Below are positions 27,195-36,545 of a stretch of 64,000 bases of DNA, piece after piece. Numbering within the stretch: the stretch's first letter is position 1; each line of letters starts with the position of its first letter. Source of the stretch: Candidatus Omnitrophota bacterium (lineage in GTDB: Bacteria > Omnitrophota > Gorgyraeia > Duberdicusellales > 4484-171); NCBI GenBank assembly GCA_041652815.1, contig JBAZGN010000001.1, positions 317,855 through 381,854 of the forward strand, in the 5' to 3' direction. A program made the translations under genes and the position numbers. The notes under the pieces are model-generated. The model was not told the origin of the DNA and searched no databases. It saw only the letters and a program-made list of their open reading frames with translations.

Positions 27195-27292
27195 AATACG
27201 AATTAATACTAGATGCTTGATGCTCGATGCCAGATGTTGTGAAAAATAAAATAACGAGCATCTAGTATCGGGCATCTAGCATCCCTCGCGGA
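27195..27292. repeat. Compound palindrome, GCATCTAGATGC family
   Basis: actagatgcttgatgctcgatgccagatg...gagcatctagtatcgggcatctagcatc. Confidence 0.85.
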
Positions 27293-27303
27293 TTTTAAAT
27301 ATT

Positions 27304-29286
27304 ATGCGTTTTAGCTTAAATTTCGTCAAAGAATTAATAAAAATCGATTTACCTGCTGAAAAAGTGGCACAGCTTCTTACTATGGCTGGTATTGAGGTTG
27401 AGCATTTTGAAAGGCAAGGCGAAGATTACGTTTTTGATATTGAAATCACCTCAAACAGGTACGATTGGCTTTCTATCGTGGGTATAGCAAGGGAAATTGC
27501 TGCCTGCCTCGGTAAAAAGCTGGACATAAAATACCCTAAAGTTATCAAATCTCCGCTCATCAAAGATAAGCTAATAAAAATAGAAAATAGTACAGACTGC
27601 CCGTTTTATATAGCGCGGCGTATTCGCGGTGTAACCATATCAGCTTCTCCGGGCCAGCTCAAAGAAAGAGTTATAAACTGCCGGATAAATTCCATAAATA
27701 ACGCGGTTGACATTACAAATTATTGCATGCTCAAATGGGGTAATCCTTTGCATGCTTTTGACGAAGATAAAATTGAGGGAAATATTTATATCCGCAGGGC
27801 AAAAGAAGGCGAAAAATTTATCGGCATAGACGAGAAAGAAAGAATTTTAAATCGCGAAAACCTTGTCATTGCCGACGATAGCAAGGTTATTGCGCTTGCA
27901 GGGGTAATGGGAGCAAAGAATACAGAAGTAACCGAAAAAACAAAAAATGTCCTTTTGGAAGCAGCCATATTTTCTCCTCTTTGGATACGCCATTCAAGAA
28001 GAGCAGCCGGCATAGACACAGATTCTTCCTACCGCTTTGAAAGACAGGTATTCGCCGATTACCTTGAGCATGCTTCAGCTGAAGCAGCTGGGTTGATAGT
28101 TGATATTTGCGGTGGAAAAATTGCAGCCTACGGCCAGGCAGGCCGCAGGCCGCAATCCAAAGATAAAAAAGTACTGCTTGAACTTGATAAATTAAACGAA
28201 TATCTTGGCGTACAATATCCAAAAAGCAAAGTAAAAAGCATTCTTGTAAATTTAGGTTTTAAGGTTAAAGAGCCAGGGAAAAATAAACTCGCACTTCTAG
28301 CACCAAAACATAGATCCGACATCACAGAAGATGTAGACGTATATGAAGAGATTTCAAGAATTTATGGTTACGATAAAATAAAGCAACAAATACCGGCGAT
28401 TGCGCATGAAGTGGTTAAAAATGAAATTTATGAATTTAAAAAAGAATTGAGGCAATTTCTTTGCGCGTTAGAATTGAATGAAATAATTACCTATAGTATC
28501 GAATCCGACGAGGAGCTTAATAAATTAGGTTATGGCAATTTAATAAAATTGGTAAATCCTTTAAGAGCACAGGAAAATTCACTACGCCCAGGCCTTTCCT
28601 TGGGGATGATTAAGGCAATCAGTTATAATTTAAACAGAAACCGCAGTAATTTACGTTTCTTTGAAATAGCAAATGTTTATTCCAGAGGGCAGGGTAGCTT
28701 TTGCGAATTGCCCCGCCTTTCAATAGGCATTTGCGAGGAAGGAAAAGATTTATTTTATCTCAAAGGAATTATAGAGGAAGTTTTTAAGTTTCTTAATATA
28801 AATGATTTTGAATTCAAAGAGAAAAGCCTTTTTTTCTGTGTGAATGCCTTGGAAGTGTTTGTAAATAAAAAATCCGCAGGTTTTCTGGGAAAACTCGATG
28901 AAAAATTCGAGAGCGAACTCGAACTTAAAAAAGATTTATACCTATCCGAGTTTGATATAACAATTCTTCAGGCCGCGCGAAAGCTTAAATGCTATTCGGC
29001 AATGAGCCCGTATCCGGCTGTGTTTCGCGACATAAGCATAGCAATGCGCGCGAGCAAACATTTTAGCGATGTCGAAAAAACAATAAAGGAGAAGAAAGAG
29101 TATATCTCTGACTACAGAATAATAGATACATATAAAGGAAAGGATTTAGAGCAAGGCTTCTGCGCTTTTTCGCTGCGTATCTTCTATCAATCCAACCAGC
29201 GCACGCTTACTTCGCAAGAGGTGGATGAGATTCATAACGCCATTCGTACAAACCTCAGCGTGCAGGAAGGAATTAAGCTGCGATAA
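27304..29286 (+). CDS. pheT: Phenylalanyl-tRNA synthetase beta subunit (compact 660-aa form)
   Basis: N-terminus MRFSLNFVKELIKIDLPAEKVAQLLTMAGIEVE, B3/4 and B5 domains. Confidence 0.9.
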   Translation: MRFSLNFVKELIKIDLPAEKVAQLLTMAGIEVEHFERQGEDYVFDIEITSNRYDWLSIVGIAREIAACLGKKLDIKYPKVIKSPLIKDKLIKIENSTDCPFYIARRIRGVTISASPGQLKERVINCRINSINNAVDITNYCMLKWGNPLHAFDEDKIEGNIYIRRAKEGEKFIGIDEKERILNRENLVIADDSKVIALAGVMGAKNTEVTEKTKNVLLEAAIFSPLWIRHSRRAAGIDTDSSYRFERQVFADYLEHASAEAAGLIVDICGGKIAAYGQAGRRPQSKDKKVLLELDKLNEYLGVQYPKSKVKSILVNLGFKVKEPGKNKLALLAPKHRSDITEDVDVYEEISRIYGYDKIKQQIPAIAHEVVKNEIYEFKKELRQFLCALELNEIITYSIESDEELNKLGYGNLIKLVNPLRAQENSLRPGLSLGMIKAISYNLNRNRSNLRFFEIANVYSRGQGSFCELPRLSIGICEEGKDLFYLKGIIEEVFKFLNINDFEFKEKSLFFCVNALEVFVNKKSAGFLGKLDEKFESELELKKDLYLSEFDITILQAARKLKCYSAMSPYPAVFRDISIAMRASKHFSDVEKTIKEKKEYISDYRIIDTYKGKDLEQGFCAFSLRIFYQSNQRTLTSQEVDEIHNAIRTNLSVQEGIKLR

Positions 29287-29289
29287 ACG

Positions 29290-29325
29290 CAGATTAGCGC
29301 AGATTTGAACGGATTAGCACAGATA
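29290..29325. repeat. CACAGAT-family left arm (outer arm around F2)
   Basis: cagattagcgcagatttgaacggattagcacagat. Confidence 0.8.
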
Positions 29326-29331
29326 AAGGGT

Positions 29332-29460
29332 GCGTCTATCGGTTGCGGTTACGCAGCTCGTCTCGTCATACGTTAATCGGTTGTGTTAAAGAAAGTATTT
29401 AAAATAAAGACGATAGACGTAAAACGCAACCGACACGAGCATCGCAACCGTATGACGAAT
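29332..29460. repeat. Compound palindrome, GCGGTTGCG family (F2), nested inside CACAGAT arms
   Basis: gtctatcggttgcggttacgcagctcgtctcgtcatacgttaatcggttg...cgatagacgtaaaacgcaaccgacacgagcatcgcaaccg. Confidence 0.85.
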
Positions 29461-29510
29461 ATCATCTGTGATCATCTGCTTTCCAATCCGTGATCATCTG
29501 TGTAAAAAAG
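29461..29510. repeat. CACAGAT-family right arm (ATCTGTG x3)
   Basis: atcatctgtgatcatctgctttccaatccgtgatcatctgtg. Confidence 0.85.
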
Positions 29511-29518
29511 GAGGAAGC

Positions 29519-29731
29519 ATGAAATACGAAAGGAAAGATAAATACACAAAGCCCGGCACTCCGGCAGAAATTTTAGAACTGGCACTCCAGAAAGAAGAGT
29601 CTTCCTATAGATTTTATGACGAGATGCTTAAAATTACCGAAAGCCCAGCATTAAAGCAGCTTTTAGAAGAGTTGAGAGACGCAGAATTAGGCCATATTGA
29701 GAAAATAAAAAATAAAATGGCCCGCGCTTAA
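29519..29731 (+). CDS. Small helical protein (70 aa), possibly a ferritin/rubrerythrin-like fragment
   Basis: SD AAAAAGGAGG precedes ATG 29519. The ORF-track extension from 29468 lies in the repeat. Motif ELGHIEKI. Confidence 0.4.
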   Translation: MKYERKDKYTKPGTPAEILELALQKEESSYRFYDEMLKITESPALKQLLEELRDAELGHIEKIKNKMARA

Positions 29732-29744
29732 AGAATATTCTTTA

Positions 29745-29800
29745 AAATCACAAATCACAATTTACAAACCACAAACAAATCACAATAAACAATGGCCAAA
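29745..29800. repeat. One-armed (decayed) copy of the CAAATCACAAT family (D1)
   Basis: aatcacaaatcacaatttacaaaccacaaacaaatcacaataaacaa with no convincing reverse arm. The full element is at 50475-50608. Confidence 0.7.
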
Positions 29801-29922
29801 ATTCCAAAAATTTTCTTGGTAATTGTCCGCCACCAATGATTAATCATATATAGGCGGATCAGCCTTTGGCTGATAATTTTGGATTTGTATATTGTGATTT
29901 AAACTTGAAGGAGAGATGTAAT

Positions 29923-30576
29923 ATGGACACCCATAAAACAAAGTCTATGAAAAACATTGAAGAGCAAATGCAAAACGTAGGAGAGGATTCTTTGCGCTAC
30001 CATGTACTTGAGAGTGCCAAGAATTTTAAAACATCCTGGGTTGCATTGGGCCGTTCGCTTTATACAGTATGGAAGGATAAGCTTTATAAAGATTGGGGTT
30101 TTAATACGCTGGAAGGCTATACTTCCAAGGAAATCGGCATAAAAAAATTAACTGCGATGAAATTGCTGCGGTCTTATTATTTTCTTGAAAAAGAAGAGCC
30201 GCAATACTTAAGTTCCGAATACGCGGAGCAAGCTCCGGCAACTACAGTTCCTACTTATGAATCCGTTGATTTACTTCGAAAAGCAAAAAATAACAAAATT
30301 CTTGATAACCAGGATTACGCAAATCTTAAAAAAGATATATTTGAAAAAGGAAGAGATGCCCAGGTCGTAAAGAAAGATTTAACTAATTTAATCAGGCAGC
30401 GTAAGGAAATCGACCCTGAAGAGAGCCACGAAAAAGAACGCGTAAGCGTTATAAAAAGATACTTAAGCGTGTTAAAATCCATGAAAAAAGAAATAGAAAT
30501 ATCAAAACTCCTCCCCCCGACACTCCTTAAAGAAACTGAGAGCTTGATAAAGAAGCTGGAGGAAGAAGTATCTTAA
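29923..30576 (+). CDS. Hypothetical protein (217 aa)
   Basis: ATG at 29923 (MDTHKTKSMKN). No recognisable domain. Charged, helical C-terminus. Confidence 0.45.
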   Translation: MDTHKTKSMKNIEEQMQNVGEDSLRYHVLESAKNFKTSWVALGRSLYTVWKDKLYKDWGFNTLEGYTSKEIGIKKLTAMKLLRSYYFLEKEEPQYLSSEYAEQAPATTVPTYESVDLLRKAKNNKILDNQDYANLKKDIFEKGRDAQVVKKDLTNLIRQRKEIDPEESHEKERVSVIKRYLSVLKSMKKEIEISKLLPPTLLKETESLIKKLEEEVS

Positions 30577-30581
30577 TTTTA

Positions 30582-30688
30582 GGTTACGAATGTTACGAAA
30601 GTTACGCAGGTTACGAAGGTTACAATAAATCTAACTGTTTTTAAATGTAACTTTCGTAACTTCCCGTAACATCCGTAACCTTCGTAAC
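30582..30688. repeat. Compound palindrome, GGTTACGAAGG family (A2), between convergent genes
   Basis: taggttacgaatgttacgaaagttacgcaggttacgaaggttacaa...cttcccgtaacatccgtaaccttcgtaac. Confidence 0.9.
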
Positions 30689-30689
30689 A

Positions 30690-31667
30690 TTAATTATCAG
30701 GCAAGCTGTTTATAAAGGTAAGCAATTCGCTGTAACTATTAACTTTACATATTGAGCCGCGCACTCTGGCGCAGGCCTCAAAATCCCTAAGATACCACAG
30801 GCTAATTTTCCTCATAAAACCGACCCTTACCGAATCTTTTACTTCCTTATATTTTTCTAAAAGGCTAAGGTGCTTTTTAAGCACTGCCTTTCTTATTTCC
30901 ATGTTTACCGCAGTTACAGCTTTACCTTCCATGTAATTAGCGATATCTTTAAGCATCCATGGCCTTCCTAAAGCGCCCCTCGCCACAAGAATTCCGTCGC
31001 AACCCGTTTCATCAAACATTTTTTTTGCTAAGTGCGGTATCAGAATATTCCCGCTGCCAAATACAGGAATATTTACTGCATCTTTTATTGCTTTTATTAA
31101 ATTATAATCAACGTTTCCGCTATAGCCTTGAGTTTTAGTCCTGCCGTGGACAAAAAGAGCAGCTGCGCCGCTACCTTCGCATGATTTTGCCAGTTCGGTT
31201 ATCTGTTTTTTATCTTTGTCCAGATAGCCTACCCTGATTTTCGCTGTTACCGGAACATTGAGGCTGCTTGAAAGTTTTTTGATGATTTTTGATAAAGCCT
31301 CGAGATCATTTAATAAATAGGCACCGCATTTTTTCTTAATCACTTTTCTTACCGGACAGGCGCAATTGATATCTAAAAAAGAAATACCCGTTAAATCTAT
31401 AAGCTGATGTGCGGCTTCCAGCATTTTTTCCGGGTCCCTTCCCAGTAACTGTCCGGCAATAGGCTTGTCTTCCTCGGTTGTCTTAATGAGTCTTAAGCTG
31501 CGAATCCGGCTATAAATGAGAGAGTTGGCATCCAGCATCTCAAAGAAACAAAATTTAGCGCCATGTTCACGGCAAATAAGCCGGAAAGCCAGGTCAGAAC
31601 ATCCTGCCAGAGGAGCAAGGAATACATTGGTATTTATAACTTTAGAGCCTATTTTGATTGAATGCAT
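30690..31667 (-). CDS. dusB: tRNA-dihydrouridine synthase
   Basis: FLAPLAGCSDLAFR, LDINCACPVRKV and the C-terminal helical domain. The symbol is assigned by family only. Confidence 0.8.
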   Translation of the reverse strand: MHSIKIGSKVINTNVFLAPLAGCSDLAFRLICREHGAKFCFFEMLDANSLIYSRIRSLRLIKTTEEDKPIAGQLLGRDPEKMLEAAHQLIDLTGISFLDINCACPVRKVIKKKCGAYLLNDLEALSKIIKKLSSSLNVPVTAKIRVGYLDKDKKQITELAKSCEGSGAAALFVHGRTKTQGYSGNVDYNLIKAIKDAVNIPVFGSGNILIPHLAKKMFDETGCDGILVARGALGRPWMLKDIANYMEGKAVTAVNMEIRKAVLKKHLSLLEKYKEVKDSVRVGFMRKISLWYLRDFEACARVRGSICKVNSYSELLTFINSLPDN

Positions 31668-31677
31668 ATTTTCCCGT

Positions 31678-31771
31678 ATAGAAGCGGATTCCCGCGGAGC
31701 TAAACGCGGATGTACGCACGGTAATCGGTTTGCATTTATCCGCGTTGATATCCGCGGCCATCCGCTTCTAT
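31678..31771. repeat. Compound palindrome, CCGCGGATA family (K1), with perfect 12-bp terminal inverted repeats ATAGAAGCGGAT / ATCCGCTTCTAT
   Basis: Seen directly. The paralog K2 at 37790-37883 has identical termini. Confidence 0.9.
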
Positions 31772-31892
31772 TTCTTCAAAAAACACTTGACTAAAAAACC
31801 TTTAATAGTAAAATTTTACTATTAAAATTTAACTAAAGCACCTCAGCTTTTAAGGAATGCCTAGTGTGCGCTTTCCGTGTAAGGAGGACCAT

Positions 31893-33416
31893 ATGAATGT
31901 AAAAGAATTACTTATAAACCAAGCTTCGTTATTTCCTCAAAAAAGCGCTTTTATCTTTGAAGGCAAAGAAACAACCTTTTTGCAACTCAAAGATGCCGCA
32001 TTTAAGATTGCCAATTATTTTACAAGGCAAGGCATAAAAAAGCCAGATAAAATTGCTATTTTTACCCCAAACACTCCGGAAGCTATTTGTGCGCAGATGG
32101 CGGCATATTCTATAGGTGCAACCTTGATACCTTTTGATTACATGCTCACAGAAAATGAGATTATTCATTTCTTAAACCATAGCGAAGCAAAAGTATTAAT
32201 CATGCAGCCGAGAAAAGACATAAACGTATTAAACATCCGGGAAAACTGTTATTCTGTAAAATATATAATAACCTGTAAAGAGCGCCTTGCGGATTGCGAT
32301 TTCCTTGATGATCTTTTGGCAGAGGAAAGTAGTGAAGCTCCGATTCCGCAATCTTTTGATAAAGACCTCGCGGCAATATTTTATACCTCAGGCTCAACTG
32401 GCCACCCTAAGGGCGTAATGCTTAGCTATAAACAGTTTGATAATCCGGTTGATACAATAAACCATTTTTTAGGGGTTTCGGAAAACGATGTTTATTGTAC
32501 CGGCGGCATACCTTTTTCCCATGTGGGCGGGCTTAATTACCTGCTTTTAATGATTCGTTTTGCATCAACCGTTATTGTAATGGGAAGGTTTCATCCGATG
32601 GAATTTTTAAAAAATATAGAAAGATATAAAGTCACGATATTTTGCATAGTGCCTTCGATGTATGTTGCGATTTTATCTCTAAAAGAATACGAGAGGTTTA
32701 ACCTTTCGTCTTTAAGGTATGCAGTTGTTTTTGGTGCGCCTTCTTCGCCTCTTTTGCTTAAGAAATTTCACAGGTCATGCCCTAAAGCAATTGTTTTAAA
32801 CGGTTGGGGTATGACTGAAACCGCCGCTCCGAATACTTTTTCGCCCCCGGACGAGCATAAGATATCCAGCATAGGGAAATTCGGATTTCGTATGCAGGCA
32901 AAGATAATCGATGAGGAAGGAAAATCTTTGTTATATGGAGAACAAGGCGAATTATTAGTCAGCGGAGAAGGTGTTACCGGCGGCTATTACAGAGAGCCGA
33001 CCTTAAGCTCAGATGCTTTTTGGGGAGAAGGGTGGCTGCGTACCGGCGATATTGCTTATTTTGGAAAAGACGGGCTGATATATCTTGCCGGGAGAAAAAA
33101 GGACATGATAAAAGTTGCCGGTGAGATAGTTTTTTCCTCGGAAGTTGAAGAAAAAATACAGCTCTATCCAAAGGTTAAAGAAGTTGCTGTCATAGGTGTT
33201 GCCGATGAATTAAGAGGAGAAGTGCCGAAAGCTTTTATTGTTGCAAAAGAATCTGAAGTGATAGATGCTCAGGAGCTAAGGGATTTTTTAAAAGAGCATC
33301 TGGCTCATTTTAAAATTCCGCATTATTTTGAATTTATAAAAGAACTTCCAAAAAATAGAGTGGGAAAAATCGACAAACAGGCACTTAAGAAAACACAGAT
33401 TAGCACAGATTTGTAA
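31893..33416 (+). CDS. AMP-dependent synthetase/ligase (acyl-CoA or aryl-CoA ligase)
   Basis: YTSGSTGHPKGV AMP-binding motif, C-terminal KIDKQALKK. SD AAGGAGG before ATG 31893. Confidence 0.85.
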   Translation: MNVKELLINQASLFPQKSAFIFEGKETTFLQLKDAAFKIANYFTRQGIKKPDKIAIFTPNTPEAICAQMAAYSIGATLIPFDYMLTENEIIHFLNHSEAKVLIMQPRKDINVLNIRENCYSVKYIITCKERLADCDFLDDLLAEESSEAPIPQSFDKDLAAIFYTSGSTGHPKGVMLSYKQFDNPVDTINHFLGVSENDVYCTGGIPFSHVGGLNYLLLMIRFASTVIVMGRFHPMEFLKNIERYKVTIFCIVPSMYVAILSLKEYERFNLSSLRYAVVFGAPSSPLLLKKFHRSCPKAIVLNGWGMTETAAPNTFSPPDEHKISSIGKFGFRMQAKIIDEEGKSLLYGEQGELLVSGEGVTGGYYREPTLSSDAFWGEGWLRTGDIAYFGKDGLIYLAGRKKDMIKVAGEIVFSSEVEEKIQLYPKVKEVAVIGVADELRGEVPKAFIVAKESEVIDAQELRDFLKEHLAHFKIPHYFEFIKELPKNRVGKIDKQALKKTQISTDL

Positions 33417-33436
33417 GCGAATGAGCACAGATTGCA
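33395..33436. repeat. CACAGAT-family left arm (outer arm around E2)
   Basis: cacagattagcacagatttgtaagcgaatgagcacagattgc. Confidence 0.8.
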
Positions 33437-33438
33437 AT

Positions 33439-33588
33439 AAATAACCAAGTTCCAAGATACAATAACCAAACAATGGCCAATAACCAAATTTCAATAACCA
33501 AACAAAAAAATAACAAATCCGTTTGGTTATTGGGTATTGAATATTGTAATTTGTTTGGAACTTGTATCTTGGTTATTGGTTATTTCTA
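33439..33588. repeat. Compound palindrome, AACCAAACAA family (E2), nested inside CACAGAT arms
   Basis: aaataaccaagttccaagatacaataaccaaacaatggccaataaccaaat...ccgtttggttattgggtattgaatattgtaatttgtttggaacttgtatcttggttattggttatt. Confidence 0.9.
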
Positions 33589-33589
33589 A

Positions 33590-33640
33590 AATATCTGTGG
33601 TTATCTGTGATTTTTTATCTGCGATCATCTGTGTATAAAA
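33590..33640. repeat. CACAGAT-family right arm
   Basis: atatctgtggttatctgtgattttttatctgcgatcatctgtg. Confidence 0.8.
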
Positions 33641-33652
33641 AGGAGTAAAACA

Positions 33653-34381
33653 ATGATGCAAAGAGATGTGCACTTGCACGCAAAAGGATTACTTGAATCT
33701 TTACAATTCCGCCAGGGTGATTTTGGCGAAATCGGCATTATCAGCGGACAAATGCAGCGAGCCCAAAGATGCCTTCAGTATCTGGAAAATCCTGTAAAAA
33801 ATTTTACTTTTTTGGGTTACACTTTCTGGACAGGTATATATAAAGGAAAGAAAGTCACTGTAGGCAATGGCGGTTTCTATGCACCGGATTCAGCGTTTGT
33901 CACGGAAATTTTATGCGTGGGAGGGATTAAAACACTTATCCGGCTTGGCTCCTGTGGGGCAATGTTGCAGGAAATGACTGTTGGAGATTTTGTCGTGGTT
34001 GATAAAGTTATCAGAGGTGATGGAGCCACGCGCTATTACGTCGATGATAATTTTGTTCCGCAAGTGGACAAAGAATTATCCAAAAAGTTAGTAACAATTT
34101 TTGAAAAACAGGGCAAAGTTTATCAGGGTGCCTGCTGGACTACTGATGCAATGTTTAGAGAAACAAAGGAAATCGTAAATCCTTATATAGAAAAAGGCGC
34201 AATTTGTGTGGATATGGTAACCAGCCCGTTTGTTACTGTCGCTAATGTTTATAAAACAAAGGTTGCCGCTATCTTGGTAGTTTCGGATAATCTTTTAACC
34301 GGCGAAATGGGTTTTGCCGATTTTCGTTTGTTCGATGCAGAAGAAAAAATGACAAAAACGGTGTTTGAGATTATTGCCTAA
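33653..34381 (+). CDS. PNP/UDP family-1 nucleoside phosphorylase (candidate MTA / 5'-deoxyadenosine phosphorylase)
   Basis: IRLGSCGAM, TVGNGGFYAPDSA and an ICVDMVTS-like C-terminal motif, characteristic of DeoD/MTAP-type phosphorylases. Confidence 0.65.
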   Translation: MMQRDVHLHAKGLLESLQFRQGDFGEIGIISGQMQRAQRCLQYLENPVKNFTFLGYTFWTGIYKGKKVTVGNGGFYAPDSAFVTEILCVGGIKTLIRLGSCGAMLQEMTVGDFVVVDKVIRGDGATRYYVDDNFVPQVDKELSKKLVTIFEKQGKVYQGACWTTDAMFRETKEIVNPYIEKGAICVDMVTSPFVTVANVYKTKVAAILVVSDNLLTGEMGFADFRLFDAEEKMTKTVFEIIA

Positions 34382-34389
34382 CAAATTTG

Positions 34390-34470
34390 TATCACGTCGC
34401 ACGTATCACGTATCACGTATCACGTCTTTTTAAAACCTGTTACGTGCTACCTGATACGTGGTACGTTAAA
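34390..34470. repeat. Compound imperfect palindrome, GTATCACG x4 facing CGTGCTACCTGATACGTGGTACG
   Basis: Seen directly. It overlaps the false 5' extension of the next ORF. Confidence 0.75.
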
Positions 34471-34482
34471 AGAGAGGTTTAT

Positions 34483-34746
34483 ATGCCCGATATGCAATGG
34501 AGTGCAAAAGCAAAGGAAATTTTTGATAAGGTGATCAGCAATCTTCCGCAATTTCATCGCTCAATTGCCGAAAGATTAGTTAAAGAGTCAGCTGAAGAAA
34601 TTGCTAAAAACAAAAATATGGCTATGGTCGAGGAAAAAGAACTTATAGAGGCATTTTTTAAAGAAATACCCCCGGCGTTTAAAGATATGTTGAAAAGATT
34701 ATTGACTAAGCTGGGTATTGACTACGAAAAATACGGAGTTTCTTGA
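34483..34746 (+). CDS. Small cytoplasmic protein (87 aa) of unknown function
   Basis: SD AGAGAGG before ATG 34483 (MPDMQWSAKAKEIF). Helical. Confidence 0.45.
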   Translation: MPDMQWSAKAKEIFDKVISNLPQFHRSIAERLVKESAEEIAKNKNMAMVEEKELIEAFFKEIPPAFKDMLKRLLTKLGIDYEKYGVS

Positions 34747-34751
34747 TGGCA

Positions 34752-34842
34752 CAGATTAGCACAGATTTTAAAGCGGATGATCACAGATAAAAACCATCTG
34801 CGATCATCTGTGATCTCTTTCTGTGATCATCTGTGTAATAAA
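34752..34842. repeat. Stand-alone CACAGAT-family palindrome (3 CACAGAT words / 3 ATCTGTG words, 7-nt loop)
   Basis: gcacagattagcacagattttaaagcggatgatcacagataaaaaccatctgcgatcatctgtgatctctttctgtgatcatctgtg. Confidence 0.9.
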
Positions 34843-34852
34843 AAAATATAAT

Positions 34853-36469
34853 ATGAAAATAGCGGTTATAGGCCCAGGGGCAATCGGCGGTTTAGTTGCA
34901 GGGTATCTTAAAGAGCAGGGCGAAGACGTATCCCTTGTTGGCACTAAAGATACAGTTGAAGCAATTAATAAGAAAGGCCTGTCAATTTCCGGTGTGCGTG
35001 GGAATGTTAAGGTAAATATTCAGGCGGCAGTTTCTTTAGATAAAAAAGTAGACCTTATAATTTTAACTACCAAAACACAGGATATAGAAAAGGCCTTAAG
35101 GGAAAATAAGCAATATCTGGCAGGCGCAATTATTTTAACCGCGCAAAATGGTGTAGAGGCTGACGAAATTGTTGCGCAATTTGTTCCCAGGGAAAATATT
35201 ATCTCAAGTATTGTAATGTTTGGCGCAACATACCTTAAGCCGGGCGAGATAGTTCATAATTTTGAGAGAAAATGGGTAATCGGCAAGCCTTTCGGCAAAA
35301 ATGATGATTGGGTTAAGCGTGTGTCTATATTGCTTGGCAGGATTTTTCCTATAGAAATAAGTGATGATATCAAAGGAATGAAATGGCTTAAAGTTTTCGC
35401 AAATGCCAATAACTGCATTGCGGGTATTACCGGCAAAAGCATGCAGGAGTGTTTCGCTAATTTGGATTTATGTGAAATAAGTCTCGGTATTTGGCAGGAA
35501 GGCTTGGGCGTGATTAAAAAAGCCGGCATAAAGCTGGTTAATTTGCCTGATTTTACCGTAGAACAAGTAACAAAACTTACATCTTTACCCATAAAAGAAG
35601 CAGCAAAGATATTTTCCGGCATAATGATAAATTTAAGCAAAGAACCTCTATACGGTTCAATCTTGCAAAGCATTAAAAGAGGCAAGGCTTCAGAAATAGA
35701 TTATTTAAACGGAGCATTTGTTAAATTAGCAAGACAATGCGGATATCACACCCCTTTAAATAAAAAATTAACGGAGCTGGTGCATAAAGTTGAAGAGGAG
35801 CATAAATTTTTTACGATAGATGACCTGATTGAAAAAACAAAAAATTTAATCCCGCAACAAAGCTGCGATGATAGTGGCAAGGTAAACACTCCTTTTCCAA
35901 AACTTAAGCTTACCGTGGTAAAGGTTGAGGGAGATTGTTATCACGGCTATAAACAAGGCGATGAAATAGTTTTGGAAGATTTTACCCATCCGCCAAAGCA
36001 TTTTTGTTTGGGCTTAGCCCATGCTTTGTTTCCCGTAATTTACGCTTTAAGTTTTGGCGCAAAATTTGGTTTTCGCGATAACCAGCGTTCGCTTTTAGTA
36101 ACCTGCCCGGACGGCGGAAAACTTGAATTTAAAGCAGAAATCTTCGATAAGGAAGGAAAAATCGAAGTAATAGAAAAAGACCCAAATCATAAAGGGCCAA
36201 ACCCTAAAGAAATGGTTTTGGAGGTAGTGCAATCAAAAGGCAAGTGCGCTTACGGCTACAAATTAGGCGACAGAATAGAAGTTAAAGGGCTAAAGTGCCC
36301 GGAAGGATTTTGCGGCGCAGCATACCATTGTGCATTTCCCGCGCTTTTCGCACTTAACTTCGGCGCAAAATTCTTCTTTATGGATGACCCGGATGGTATT
36401 AATACCGTAACCTGCCCGGATGGCGGGAATATTGTGTTTAAGGTGAGCCGCAAAAAAGTCAGTCTATAG
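34853..36469 (+). CDS. Ketopantoate-reductase-like (ApbA/PanE) NAD(P)-binding enzyme fused to a tandemly duplicated Cys-rich ~95-aa domain (TIGR04076-like)
   Basis: N-terminus MKIAVIGPGAIGG with an ApbA_C signature (GKASEIDYLNGAFVKLARQCGYHTPLN). The C-terminus has two repeats sharing G.C.[HY]GYK.GD ... FC ... FP.[IL][YF]AL.FGA ... VTCPDGG ... FK. Confidence 0.7.
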   Translation: MKIAVIGPGAIGGLVAGYLKEQGEDVSLVGTKDTVEAINKKGLSISGVRGNVKVNIQAAVSLDKKVDLIILTTKTQDIEKALRENKQYLAGAIILTAQNGVEADEIVAQFVPRENIISSIVMFGATYLKPGEIVHNFERKWVIGKPFGKNDDWVKRVSILLGRIFPIEISDDIKGMKWLKVFANANNCIAGITGKSMQECFANLDLCEISLGIWQEGLGVIKKAGIKLVNLPDFTVEQVTKLTSLPIKEAAKIFSGIMINLSKEPLYGSILQSIKRGKASEIDYLNGAFVKLARQCGYHTPLNKKLTELVHKVEEEHKFFTIDDLIEKTKNLIPQQSCDDSGKVNTPFPKLKLTVVKVEGDCYHGYKQGDEIVLEDFTHPPKHFCLGLAHALFPVIYALSFGAKFGFRDNQRSLLVTCPDGGKLEFKAEIFDKEGKIEVIEKDPNHKGPNPKEMVLEVVQSKGKCAYGYKLGDRIEVKGLKCPEGFCGAAYHCAFPALFALNFGAKFFFMDDPDGINTVTCPDGGNIVFKVSRKKVSL

Positions 36470-36530
36470 TCGACAGTCGATAGTCCATAGATTAAAACTG
36501 TGGACTGTAGATTATGGACTGTGGACTAAA
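36458..36530. repeat. Compound palindrome, GGACTATGGACT family (H1)
   Basis: agtctatagtcgacagtcgatagtccatagattaaaactgtggactgtagattatggactgtggact. The paralog is at 60299. Confidence 0.85.
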
Positions 36531-36545
36531 ATAGGAGATAGAAGA

